Below are positions 18,732 to 27,526 of a stretch of DNA of 64,000 nucleotides, piece by piece. The number at the start of each line of letters is the position of its first letter. Position 1 is the stretch's first letter. This DNA comes from Christensenellales bacterium. GTDB lineage: Bacteria > Bacillota > Clostridia > Christensenellales > CAG-917. The stretch lies in assembly GCA_051883555.1 (NCBI GenBank), contig JBJETY010000052.1:40250-104249 (forward strand), written 5' to 3'. Below the pieces are notes generated by a model, which ran no database searches, had not been told where the DNA came from, and saw nothing but the letters and a program-made list of their open reading frames with translations. A program made the translations under genes and the position numbers.

Positions 18732-18757
18732 TCGCCATACATGTGGTTCCAAAAAAG

Positions 18758-18795
18758 ACAGCTTGATTGCTTTGCAATCAAGCTGTTTCTTTTTG
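18758..18795 (+). terminator. Strong rho-independent terminator
   Basis: A 13-bp perfect stem (acagcttgattgc / gcaatcaagctgt) followed by a T-rich run. Confidence 0.85.
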
Positions 18796-19042
18796 TCACA
18801 ATAAACGTAAAACAAATCCGACGAAATAAATATGGGGATAAGCTGCTTATTTCCGCTTGTAAATTTAAGGCGTATTCTACAAAGGAAACGCCGTTTTTTA
18901 TGCTTTGACGGATAGAAAAGGTTAAATAAAAAACTCCTTGTTTAAGTCGCTAAAAAAAATAATATCGTTATATAGACTTTTTTTTAAAAGGGTGTTATAC
19001 TAACCTAAGATTTGAAATTAAATTTATTTTAAGGAGAGTATT

Positions 19043-20152
19043 ATGCCTAAAGTTATTTTAGATTGGGATACTGCCGCAAAGTTTATAACAGATGCATTTG
19101 TAGGGGTAGGTGTTCCTAGAGAAGACGCAGAAATTTGTACCGACATTTTGCTTGAATCAGACAAAAGAGGTATCGAATCACACGGTTGTAACCGTTTTAA
19201 ACCGATTTACATCGACCGTATAATTGCCGGTATTCAAAATCCTGTTACGAATTTTGAAATCGTCAAAGAAACCGAAACGACAGCCGTTGTCGACGGTCAC
19301 GACGGAATGGGTCAGGTTATCGGTTATAAATCGATGAGCCTTGCAATCGAGAAAGCAAAGAAATACGGCATGGGTATGGTCGTCGTTCGCAATTCTTGTC
19401 ACTACGGAATTGCCGGATATTATCCGACAATGGCATGTAAAAACGGTTGTATCGGTATTACGGGAACCAATGCCCGTCCGTCCGTTGCTCCGACTTTCGG
19501 CGTTGAGGGAATGTTCGGAACAAACCCTCTTACAATCGGTATTCCTACCGACGAGCCGTTCGATTTCCTTATCGACTGTGCAAGCTCTATAACACAGAAC
19601 GGTAAAATCGAATATTATGCAAGAATCGGCGAACCTGTTCACCCGGGTACGATAATCGACCTTGACGGTAACTCCGTTGAAGGCGACGCGGGCGAAGCAT
19701 TAAAGATGATAAGAAAAGGCACTGCCGCTCTTACGACTCTCGGCGGTATCGGCGAAGCTCTCGGCGGATATAAAGGATACGGCTATGCTATGGTAGTCGA
19801 ATTGTTGTCGGCTTGTCTTCAGGACGGCGCATACGGAAAAGCCCTTAACGGTAAGGACGAAAACGGAAATCTTGTTCCGTATCATCTCGGACATTTCTTT
19901 ATTGCAATCGATACTAATCACTTCCTTGGCGAAGAACTTTGCAGAAAGAAAGCGGGAGATATCATTCGTGCCGTTCGCGCGTCTAAAAAAGCTCCGGGCT
20001 GCGAACATATTTATTCGGCAGGCGAAAAAGAATATAACGTATGGCAACAGAGAAAAGACAGCGGCGTACCAATCAACGAAGCCGTTCAGTTGGAAATGAA
20101 CAAAGTTCGTGACGATTTAGGTTTAAGCTACGTCTTCCCATGGGAAAAATAA
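19043..20152 (+). CDS. Ldh_2 family (malate/L-lactate/sulfolactate dehydrogenase type 2) oxidoreductase
   Basis: N-terminal pattern ...ESDKRGIESHGCNRF..., length and overall profile fit Ldh_2. Confidence 0.8.
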   Translation: MPKVILDWDTAAKFITDAFVGVGVPREDAEICTDILLESDKRGIESHGCNRFKPIYIDRIIAGIQNPVTNFEIVKETETTAVVDGHDGMGQVIGYKSMSLAIEKAKKYGMGMVVVRNSCHYGIAGYYPTMACKNGCIGITGTNARPSVAPTFGVEGMFGTNPLTIGIPTDEPFDFLIDCASSITQNGKIEYYARIGEPVHPGTIIDLDGNSVEGDAGEALKMIRKGTAALTTLGGIGEALGGYKGYGYAMVVELLSACLQDGAYGKALNGKDENGNLVPYHLGHFFIAIDTNHFLGEELCRKKAGDIIRAVRASKKAPGCEHIYSAGEKEYNVWQQRKDSGVPINEAVQLEMNKVRDDLGLSYVFPWEK

Positions 20153-20173
20153 TTTTAGCATAAAGGAGATATT

Positions 20174-21346
20174 ATGAATTACGCAGAAGAGTCATTAAAA
20201 CTTCATTACGAATGGAAGGGCAAAATCGAATGTACTCCAAGAGCCTCGGTTAAAACAAAGGATGAATTGTCTCTTGCTTATACGCCGGGCGTAGCACAAC
20301 CTTGTCTTGAAATTCAAAAAGACGTTTCAAAGTCATACGACCTTACTCGTCGTTGGAATATGGTAGCGGTCGTAACGGACGGTACTGCCGTTCTCGGTCT
20401 CGGGGACATCGGACCTGAAGCAGGTATGCCTGTTATGGAAGGAAAATGCGTTTTGTTCAAAGCATTCGGCGGAGTAGACGCTTTCCCTCTTTGCATCAAG
20501 TCGAAAGACGTTGATGAAATCGTCAGAACGGTTCAACTTATTTCGGGTAGCTTCGGCGGCGTAAACCTCGAAGATATTTCGGCACCTCGTTGTTTTGAAA
20601 TCGAAGAAAAACTTAAAGCATGCACGGACATTCCTATTTTCCACGATGACCAGCACGGAACGGCCGTAGTATGTGCGGCGGCAATTTTAAACGCTATTAA
20701 GGTTGTTAAAAAAGACCTTAAAAATTGTAACGTCGTATTCAGCGGCGCAGGCGCTGCAGGCGTTGCAATTGCAAAACTTCTTTTCGGTTTGGGCGTAAAA
20801 GATATCGTTATGTGCGACAGAAAGGGTATTATTTCTAAGGACAGAGAAGGTATCACTCCTGACAAGATGAAGATAGCGGAATTTACGAACAAATCGAACA
20901 AACAGGGAACGCTTGCTGACGCTATGAAAGGCGCGGATATCTTTATCGGTGTAAGCGCACCAAATATGGTTACGCCTGAAATGGTAAAATCGATGAACTC
21001 TGGTTCGATTATGATGCCTATGGCAAACCCTGTTCCTGAAATTATGCCTGATATCGCAAAAGCCGCAGGCGCTGCCGTCGTAGGTACGGGAAGAAGCGAT
21101 TTCCCTAACCAGATAAACAACGTTTTGGCTTTCCCTGGTATATTCAGAGGCGCTTTGGACGTAAGAGCTTCGGACATCAACGAAGAAATGAAACTCGCGG
21201 CTGCAAAAGCAATAGCTTCGTTGGTTAGCGACGAAGAACTCAATGCGGATTATATCCTTCCGAAAGCATTTGACGACAGAGTCGGTCCGACGGTTGCAAA
21301 AGCAGTTGCCGAAGCAGCAAGAAAAACGGGCGTAGCAAGAATTTAA
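20174..21346 (+). CDS. NAD(P)-dependent malic enzyme (short form)
   Basis: LSLAYTPGVA, VVTDGTAVLGLGDIG, FGGVNLEDI, GAGAAG. Confidence 0.9.
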   Translation: MNYAEESLKLHYEWKGKIECTPRASVKTKDELSLAYTPGVAQPCLEIQKDVSKSYDLTRRWNMVAVVTDGTAVLGLGDIGPEAGMPVMEGKCVLFKAFGGVDAFPLCIKSKDVDEIVRTVQLISGSFGGVNLEDISAPRCFEIEEKLKACTDIPIFHDDQHGTAVVCAAAILNAIKVVKKDLKNCNVVFSGAGAAGVAIAKLLFGLGVKDIVMCDRKGIISKDREGITPDKMKIAEFTNKSNKQGTLADAMKGADIFIGVSAPNMVTPEMVKSMNSGSIMMPMANPVPEIMPDIAKAAGAAVVGTGRSDFPNQINNVLAFPGIFRGALDVRASDINEEMKLAAAKAIASLVSDEELNADYILPKAFDDRVGPTVAKAVAEAARKTGVARI

Positions 21347-21419
21347 ATTCTGTTTAAACGGAGTAATCGGTTTAAATAATTACAAAAACAAATTATAAAA
21401 ACAAAAAAACGATAAAAAT

Positions 21420-21448
21420 AAAAATGCCGTAAAGGCATTTTTATTTTT
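21420..21448 (+). terminator. Rho-independent terminator
   Basis: aaaatgcc-gtaa-aggcatttt followed by a T-rich run. Confidence 0.65.
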
Positions 21449-21907
21449 GTCAAATCAATTTAAATAATTCGTCATTTTATCAATCAATTCGTAATTTTAT
21501 CAATTTAAAAGTTGTCATTTACCAAATCAATTTAAAGTGTTAACAGTTTAAATATAAATTAGTTTAACGTCAATGCGTTTAAATCGTAAGGCGAGATAAA
21601 CGTGCTTTGCAAGCGTGTGTTTTTAAGCGTACGTAAAGGCAACGCTTGCCCGGACGAAAACCTAATCGACGTCACGACGAATTTAAAACTTTTTTGCCGA
21701 TTGTTGCAAATTTATGGCTTTGCAAATCGGATATAAATGGATATAATAAAGAACAATTATCCGTTAATTATCCGATTCATATTGTCGTCTAAGAAGAGTA
21801 AAGGTTTGTCCGTTAGTTTTGGCTTTCCTTTTACCGCAGTTTTTATTCGACGTTTAGACGTATTTAAAACGGAATCGCCCGATTTCATAAAAGATTTTAC
21901 GACAAAA

Positions 21908-22375
21908 TCAGATTTCATCTTCGTCTTCGTCGTCTTCCTCTTCTTCCTCGTCCTCTTCGTAATCGTTTATATCGCCGATTGATTCGTCGAAGTCGTATAC
22001 GTCGTCATCGTTTGACTCTTCCTCTTCATCTTCCTCTTCTTCGTCTTCTAACATAGAAAGAGAAATATCGTCAGATTCCTCGTCTTCCGTTTCTTCCTCG
22101 ACAAAATCTCTCCAATCGTCTTCGTCTTCTTTTTCTTCTGATTTTTTTTCTTCTTTTGCTTCTCGGCAAGCCTGGCAGATATCCTCGTCGTCGGCGAGAT
22201 AATTAATTTTGCAAATAGGGCATATTCTTTCTTCGTATAACGATTTTTCGTCATCGTCGTCTTCGATTAAAGACGCATTTGATTTGCCAAGTTCGACTTT
22301 GCATACTTCGCAATAGTCTTCGTTTTCAGGAATATAATTAAGTTCGCAACGTGGGCATTTTTTATATTTTGCCAT
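21908..22375 (-). CDS. Double zinc-ribbon protein with a roughly 90-aa polyacidic tail
   Basis: AAGAGG RBS. CPRC..CEVC and CPIC..CQAC, followed by almost pure D/E sequence. Confidence 0.7.
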   Translation of the reverse strand: MAKYKKCPRCELNYIPENEDYCEVCKVELGKSNASLIEDDDDEKSLYEERICPICKINYLADDEDICQACREAKEEKKSEEKEDEDDWRDFVEEETEDEESDDISLSMLEDEEEEDEEEESNDDDVYDFDESIGDINDYEEDEEEEEDDEDEDEI

Positions 22376-22599
22376 AATAACCTCTTAGCTCTATTTTAGA
22401 TAGAAAATATATATCGTAGTTTATAAAAAAAATCAAGAGATTTAATACATTTTTTTTAGTTTTATTAAAATTTTTATTTTTTATCCCGTTTATAAATAAT
22501 TTAAGAACAATCTTTTTATTTGACGGTTGTTTTTTTATGGTGTATTATATGGGGGCAAAAGAAATATTGTTACAAATATAGTGTTATTGAGAGGAATAA

Positions 22600-24039
22600 A
22601 TGGCTAACGAAAAGAATCAATTCGTAAAAGAAATAGCAGATATGACAACCGATTTTCCGCAGTGGTATACCGACGTCGTGTTAAAAACGCAACTCGTCGA
22701 TTACGGTCCTGTTAAGGGAACGATGGTTATCCGCCCGTACGGATATGCAATCTGGGAAAACATTCAAAAAGCATTGGATGAACGTTTTAAGGCAACGGGA
22801 CACCAGAATGCGTATTTTCCTATGTTTATTCCTTACAGTTATCTCCTAAGAGAGGCCGAACACGTTGAGGGATTTGCTCCTGAGGTAGCTCTTGTAACGC
22901 ACGTAGGAAAAACAGAGCTCGAAGAACCTATGGTGGTAAGACCGACCAGCGAAACGATAATTTGCGAAATGTACAGCAGATGGGTTCAAAGTTACAGAGA
23001 TTTGCCTGTGTTGATTAACCAGTGGGCAAACGTAGTCAGATGGGAAAAAACGACGAGACCATTTCTTAGGACAAGCGAATTCTTGTGGCAAGAAGGTCAT
23101 ACCTTGCACGCAACCGAAGAAGAAGCAGTCGAAGAAACTCTTAAAATGCTCGAGGTATACCGCGAGTTTATGCAGAACGTACTTGCAATCGAAGTCATAA
23201 CCGGTCAAAAATCCGAATCGGAAAAATTTGCCGGGGCTTCCGCTACGTATACTATGGAAGCTATGATGCTTGACGGAAAAAGCCTTCAAGCGGGAACAAG
23301 CCATTTTCTCGGTAAAAACTTTTCTAAATGTTTTAAAATCAACTATCTTGATAAAGACGGCACTTTGAAAAATCCTTACGGAACAAGTTGGGGAGTTTCT
23401 ACAAGACTTATAGGCGCTCTTATTATGGCGCACGGCGACCAGAGAGGTCTTAAATTGCCTCCGAGAGTTGCCCCGATACAAGCGGTTATCATTCCGATTG
23501 CCGCTCATAAGGAAGGCGTAAAGGAAAAGGCTTTGGAAATAGAGCAAGTTTTGAAAGACGCCGGAATAAGAGTTAAAGTTGATTTAAGCGAACAGTCGCC
23601 TGGATGGAAATTCAACGAATGGGAAATGAAAGGCGTTCCTATCCGTATCGAAATAGGACCGAGAGATATTGAAAACGGCGTTGCAGTACTTGTCAGACGA
23701 GACAACTTTGAAAAGACAATCGTTAAATTGGATGAAATTGCCCTTGAAGTAAGTAAAACGCTTGACTTAATTCACGAGAATATGTATGAGATGTCTAAAA
23801 GCTTTACTCATTCTCATATCGTTACGGCGCAGAATATGGACGAGCTTATAGCAGGCATCGAGGGCAAAAACTTTGTAAAAACGATGTGGTGCGGATGCCC
23901 TGAATGCGAAGCTAAAATTAAAGAGCTTACGTCAGCCACGTCAAGGGCAATGCCTTTTGACCAGACGCCTGTCGGTGATAAATGCGTATGTTGCGGAAAG
24001 AAAGCGACAAAAGTTATTTATTTTGCAAGAGCATATTAA
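22600..24039 (+). CDS. proS: Proline--tRNA ligase, archaeal/eukaryote-like type
   Basis: FPQWYTDVV...DYGPVKGTMVIRPYGYAIWE. Length 479 aa with a C-terminal zinc-binding CxxC pair. Confidence 0.9.
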   Translation: MANEKNQFVKEIADMTTDFPQWYTDVVLKTQLVDYGPVKGTMVIRPYGYAIWENIQKALDERFKATGHQNAYFPMFIPYSYLLREAEHVEGFAPEVALVTHVGKTELEEPMVVRPTSETIICEMYSRWVQSYRDLPVLINQWANVVRWEKTTRPFLRTSEFLWQEGHTLHATEEEAVEETLKMLEVYREFMQNVLAIEVITGQKSESEKFAGASATYTMEAMMLDGKSLQAGTSHFLGKNFSKCFKINYLDKDGTLKNPYGTSWGVSTRLIGALIMAHGDQRGLKLPPRVAPIQAVIIPIAAHKEGVKEKALEIEQVLKDAGIRVKVDLSEQSPGWKFNEWEMKGVPIRIEIGPRDIENGVAVLVRRDNFEKTIVKLDEIALEVSKTLDLIHENMYEMSKSFTHSHIVTAQNMDELIAGIEGKNFVKTMWCGCPECEAKIKELTSATSRAMPFDQTPVGDKCVCCGKKATKVIYFARAY

Positions 24040-24102
24040 ATTGAGAAAACCGTCGAATGAAAATTCGGCGGTTTATCTTAACAAGAGTTATCGGAAAATT
24101 TT

Positions 24103-24215
24103 AACGGAAACGCTTTTCAACGGCGACCGATTTACAACGGCAAAGCATTTCAACGGTAACGCTTTTTAAGGGCAACGCTTTTCAGCGACAATACGTAGTT
24201 AACAGCGATATGGTA
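24103..24215. repeat. Degenerate tandem array with a 16-17 bp period, about 7 copies
   Basis: caacggNaaNgcttt-type units start at 24103, 24119, 24136, 24152, 24168, about 24183 and 24201. Confidence 0.65.
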
Positions 24216-24516
24216 AAGGGTACAACGACGCCGTTTCGATAGAAATCAATTTAAACGGTATATAATATATAGATAATAGATATTGATAATAAGATAATAT
24301 TGATAATAAAAAATGTATATAAATCGATTTAAAACGTTTAATAAGAAAGAGCTTACAAATTACAGAAAAGAAAAAGTATATATACTAAATAATAATATAG
24401 AGTTTACAAACTAATAAATAAAAAATATATAATTAAAGTCGCTGTTGCGTCTTAAGCGCAAAGTTATCAAGTCAAGACGGAGAATGAAGAGCCGCCGAAG
24501 ATAAAACACAGTTTGT

Positions 24517-24545
24517 TTGACTAAAAAATAGCGTTATGGTAATAT
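24517..24545 (+). promoter_or_regulatory. Extended -10 sigma-A promoter abutting the ATG (probable leaderless mRNA)
   Basis: TTGACT, 17-nt spacer ending in TG-n, then TAATAT. The ATG at 24552 lies 6 nt after the -10 with no SD. Confidence 0.5.
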
Positions 24546-24551
24546 GAATTT

Positions 24552-25769
24552 ATGAAAAAAGTCGAATTGTTAGCTCCCGCCGGAAGCTTCCAAAAACTTA
24601 AAACCGCATACCATTTCGGAGCGGACGCCGTATACGTAGGCGGAAAAGAATTGTCACTGAGAGCAGGCGCGGAAAACTTTGACAGGCAGGAACTTTCAGA
24701 TGCCGTCACGTACGCTCATTCAATCGGTAAGAAAATTTACGTTACGGTGAATATATATGCTAAAAATTCCGACCTGCCGTATGCAAAAGAATATTTTGAG
24801 TATTTAAAAAAGATAAACGTCGACGCGGTTATCGTTTCTGATCCGGGACTTATAAGTCTTGCGAAAGAAACGGGAATCGAAATACACCTATCGACGCAGG
24901 CTAACACGCAAAACGAAAAAGCGGTGGAATTCTGGGCGAAACAGGGCGTGTCGAGAGTGGTGCTGGGTAGAGAGCTGACGCTTAAAGAGATAAAAGAGAT
25001 TGCTAAGTCGAATCCGTCGGTAGAGCTTGAAATTTTCGTCCACGGTGCAATGTGCGTTTCGTACAGCGGAAGATGCCTTTTGAGCAATTATTTCACGGGA
25101 CGTGACGCAAACAGAGGCGAGTGCGCTCAAATTTGTCGGTGGGATTTTAAAATAAGAAACGAGAGATACGAAGGTAAAGAACTTATCGTCGAAGAAGACG
25201 ACAGGGGAACGTATTTTATAAACAGCAAAGATTTGATTTTGTTGCCTTATCTTCCCGACCTTCTTGACGGTTCGGTTGCCAGCTTTAAAATCGAAGGTAG
25301 AATGAAAAGCGAATTTTATCTTGCAACGGTCGTAAATGCATATAGGAAAGCGATTGACGAATATTATAACACGGGTGAAATTTTAAACGTTCAGAAATAT
25401 ATCGACGATTTATCGAGCGTTGTCAGTCACGGATATACAAACGCGTTTATCGAAGGGCAGAACCTGGATACGATAAATTACGATTCGTCGAAAGTCGTCC
25501 CCGACACCGAGTTTGCGGCGCTTGTTAAGAAAAGCGAAGACGACGGCGTTATCGTTGAAATGAGAAACCGCTTTAAAACAGGCGACGAACTGTTTCTGGT
25601 AAGTTCGGGCGAAAGTCACGGCAAAAGTTTTAAGGTGGACAGAATTATAAATTCAAAAGGCGAAGAAATCGACGACGCTAAGTTGGTACAGGAAAAAGTG
25701 AAAATATTTCCGCCTTTCAAAGTATTAGAAGGGGATTTGTTCAGGGTGAACAGAGGTAAAAATGACTAA
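24552..25769 (+). CDS. U32 family peptidase-like protein (family includes prephenate-dependent RNA hydroxylases)
   Basis: Canonical U32 N-terminus KVELLAPAGS...GADAVYVGG, plus a Cys-containing core. Confidence 0.85.
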   Translation: MKKVELLAPAGSFQKLKTAYHFGADAVYVGGKELSLRAGAENFDRQELSDAVTYAHSIGKKIYVTVNIYAKNSDLPYAKEYFEYLKKINVDAVIVSDPGLISLAKETGIEIHLSTQANTQNEKAVEFWAKQGVSRVVLGRELTLKEIKEIAKSNPSVELEIFVHGAMCVSYSGRCLLSNYFTGRDANRGECAQICRWDFKIRNERYEGKELIVEEDDRGTYFINSKDLILLPYLPDLLDGSVASFKIEGRMKSEFYLATVVNAYRKAIDEYYNTGEILNVQKYIDDLSSVVSHGYTNAFIEGQNLDTINYDSSKVVPDTEFAALVKKSEDDGVIVEMRNRFKTGDELFLVSSGESHGKSFKVDRIINSKGEEIDDAKLVQEKVKIFPPFKVLEGDLFRVNRGKND

Positions 25770-26604
25770 TAAAACTAGGAAGAAATGGTTCGATACGAAA
25801 CAAATTGCAATAATAGCTTTACTTCTTGCAATGATGATTATCTTTGCGTTTGTGCCGATAAACATAGCCGGTACTTCCATTGCGGTTTTGCCGCTTATAG
25901 CGATATTTATAGCGTGTCAGGTTGAAGGCGGAAAAGTAGGCTTTTTTATGGGCTTTGCATTCGGTATGCTTAGTCTCATTTCGGCGATTGCGGTACCGCA
26001 GATTTTGTCCCCTGTTTTTTACAATCCTATGGTTTCCGTTGTTCCGAGATTGCTTATCGGCATAACGACCTATTTTTCATACGTAGGACTGAGAAAGGGA
26101 TTTAAAAGGGTATTTAAAAATAAAGATAAGAAGGTCGCTACAAGAATAAATATTCTTTTGTCGAGTTCCATAAGTTCCGCAGTAGGCACGATAACGAATA
26201 CATCGTTGGTTATTGCGATGATATATGCTTTCAATGCGGGAAAGGCGTACGGCGGTATAGTTATAAACGCAGCGTTTTTATCTGCACTTGTAGGTATAAA
26301 TTTTGTGATAGAAATAGCGGTGGCTATGATATTGACTCCGCCAATAGTGCTTGCATTGAGAATTGCGTTGCACAAACCTGAAATCGAGGACGAAGTTGCA
26401 GTCGAAGAGTCGGAAGTTTCAGGCCGCGTAATCGAAGAAGTTTCGTCGGACGAAAACGGTTCGGTAAAAGATGTGGCGGACGGCTTAAACTTAGAAGCGG
26501 TCAAAAAAGCGAATATGACGGATGGCGGCGCTATCGACGAAAGGGAAAACGGCGAAGCAAGCGGAGAAGAAAACAAGACCGAAACAACGGACGCTGAGGT
26601 ATAA
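25762..26604 (+). CDS. ECF-transporter S-component-like membrane protein with an acidic C-terminal tail
   Basis: Start overlaps the U32 stop. Six-TM S-component-like profile (VPRLLIG). About 80 aa of E/D-rich tail. Confidence 0.55.
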   Translation: MTNKTRKKWFDTKQIAIIALLLAMMIIFAFVPINIAGTSIAVLPLIAIFIACQVEGGKVGFFMGFAFGMLSLISAIAVPQILSPVFYNPMVSVVPRLLIGITTYFSYVGLRKGFKRVFKNKDKKVATRINILLSSSISSAVGTITNTSLVIAMIYAFNAGKAYGGIVINAAFLSALVGINFVIEIAVAMILTPPIVLALRIALHKPEIEDEVAVEESEVSGRVIEEVSSDENGSVKDVADGLNLEAVKKANMTDGGAIDERENGEASGEENKTETTDAEV

Positions 26605-26605
26605 A

Positions 26606-27181
26606 ATGAATATAGACGAAGAAATAAAACAGCACGACGATAAACGGAAAGTGCTGCAGGAAGACGCGGCAAAACGCTTATACGCAGGGCAAACGTCTGG
26701 CGGTGAGGAAATAGTTGCATATCTGCACAGCGACCCTAAAGCGCTCAGAGCTTTAAGGACTTTGGGAATTGCAGGGGTAATAATCAGCGTAATGAGTTAC
26801 GTCATCGGACTTGCGCTTTATTTCAGACCGCTTATGTTTTCTTGGGGGAACAAAGGGATAATGTTCGTTTTCTGGTTTGTAGTAGGTTTCGTTGCTATGG
26901 CTTTGGGAATTATTTTCCTTTGTTCGCAGTATTTGATATTTAAAAAGGGCGGAATCTTGCTGACAAACAAAAAAATCATATTTAACGGCGGAAGATTTGC
27001 GGAAAAGTCGACGGTTGTAAATCTCGAGGAGCTTAACGAAGACGGCTTGGAGGTTTTTCATTCAAAAGGCGGCGGATATACCGTAAAGATTGCGGGCAAA
27101 AAGAGCTTTTACAATGAAACGCCTTTTGATTTTAAAACAAAAGCGATCGAAGAAATCGGAAAAAACAGGCAAAAAAAATAG
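26606..27181 (+). CDS. Hypothetical 2-TM protein with a bacterial PH-like C-terminal domain
   Basis: The ATG at 26606, after GAGGT, is preferred over the overlapping upstream start. LTNKKIIF-type bPH motif. Confidence 0.4.
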   Translation: MNIDEEIKQHDDKRKVLQEDAAKRLYAGQTSGGEEIVAYLHSDPKALRALRTLGIAGVIISVMSYVIGLALYFRPLMFSWGNKGIMFVFWFVVGFVAMALGIIFLCSQYLIFKKGGILLTNKKIIFNGGRFAEKSTVVNLEELNEDGLEVFHSKGGGYTVKIAGKKSFYNETPFDFKTKAIEEIGKNRQKK

Positions 27182-27213
27182 GATAAAAAAATGTCGGAAA
27201 ACAGCTAATTTTG

Positions 27214-27242
27214 TTGCAATTTTTTTTGTTATATAGTACAAT
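27214..27242 (+). promoter_or_regulatory. Putative sigma-A promoter
   Basis: TTGCAA, 17-nt spacer, TACAAT. Confidence 0.55.
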
Positions 27243-27266
27243 ATGCAAAATGAACGGAGAGTACTT

Positions 27267-27371
27267 ATGAAAACATCGTTTTTTGCAGCATTGCCAACAA
27301 AAACAGTGATTTCAACCGCTGTAACATGCGGGTTGTATAAGCATTTTCTTTTTATTATCAATAACAATTGA
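27267..27371 (+). CDS. Candidate 34-aa small ORF (MKTSFFAALPTKTVISTAVTCGLYKHFLFIINNN)
   Basis: GGAGAG sits 5 nt upstream of the ATG. The stop lies 7 nt before an intrinsic terminator. The ORF is below the track's length cutoff. Confidence 0.35.
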   Translation: MKTSFFAALPTKTVISTAVTCGLYKHFLFIINNN

Positions 27372-27377
27372 TTGTTT

Positions 27378-27405
27378 GAGTTTCCTTTTTGGAAACTCTT
27401 TTTTT
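27378..27405 (+). terminator. Intrinsic terminator or attenuator
   Basis: gagtttcc-ttttt-ggaaactc followed by T7. Confidence 0.75.
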
Positions 27406-27526
27406 ATGTAAAAATGTAGCTTACCAATCGTTGCCGTAAAGAGAAGAACGGGCGGCGGGGTAACCTACTAAACACTTATATACGATATACACAAAAGATT
27501 ATATAAGAAATAAACAGGAGAAAGAT

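Noticed and set aside
21737-21982. 81-aa plus-strand ORF overlapping the 3' end of the polyacidic gene
   Set aside because: It has no RBS. Its poly-F/V/L C-terminus is just the complement of the GAA/GAC-rich acidic tail codons.
27243-27300. PyrR-binding attenuator in the uracil permease leader
   Set aside because: Only a GAGAG fragment is present. The UCCAGAGAGG loop consensus is not matched.
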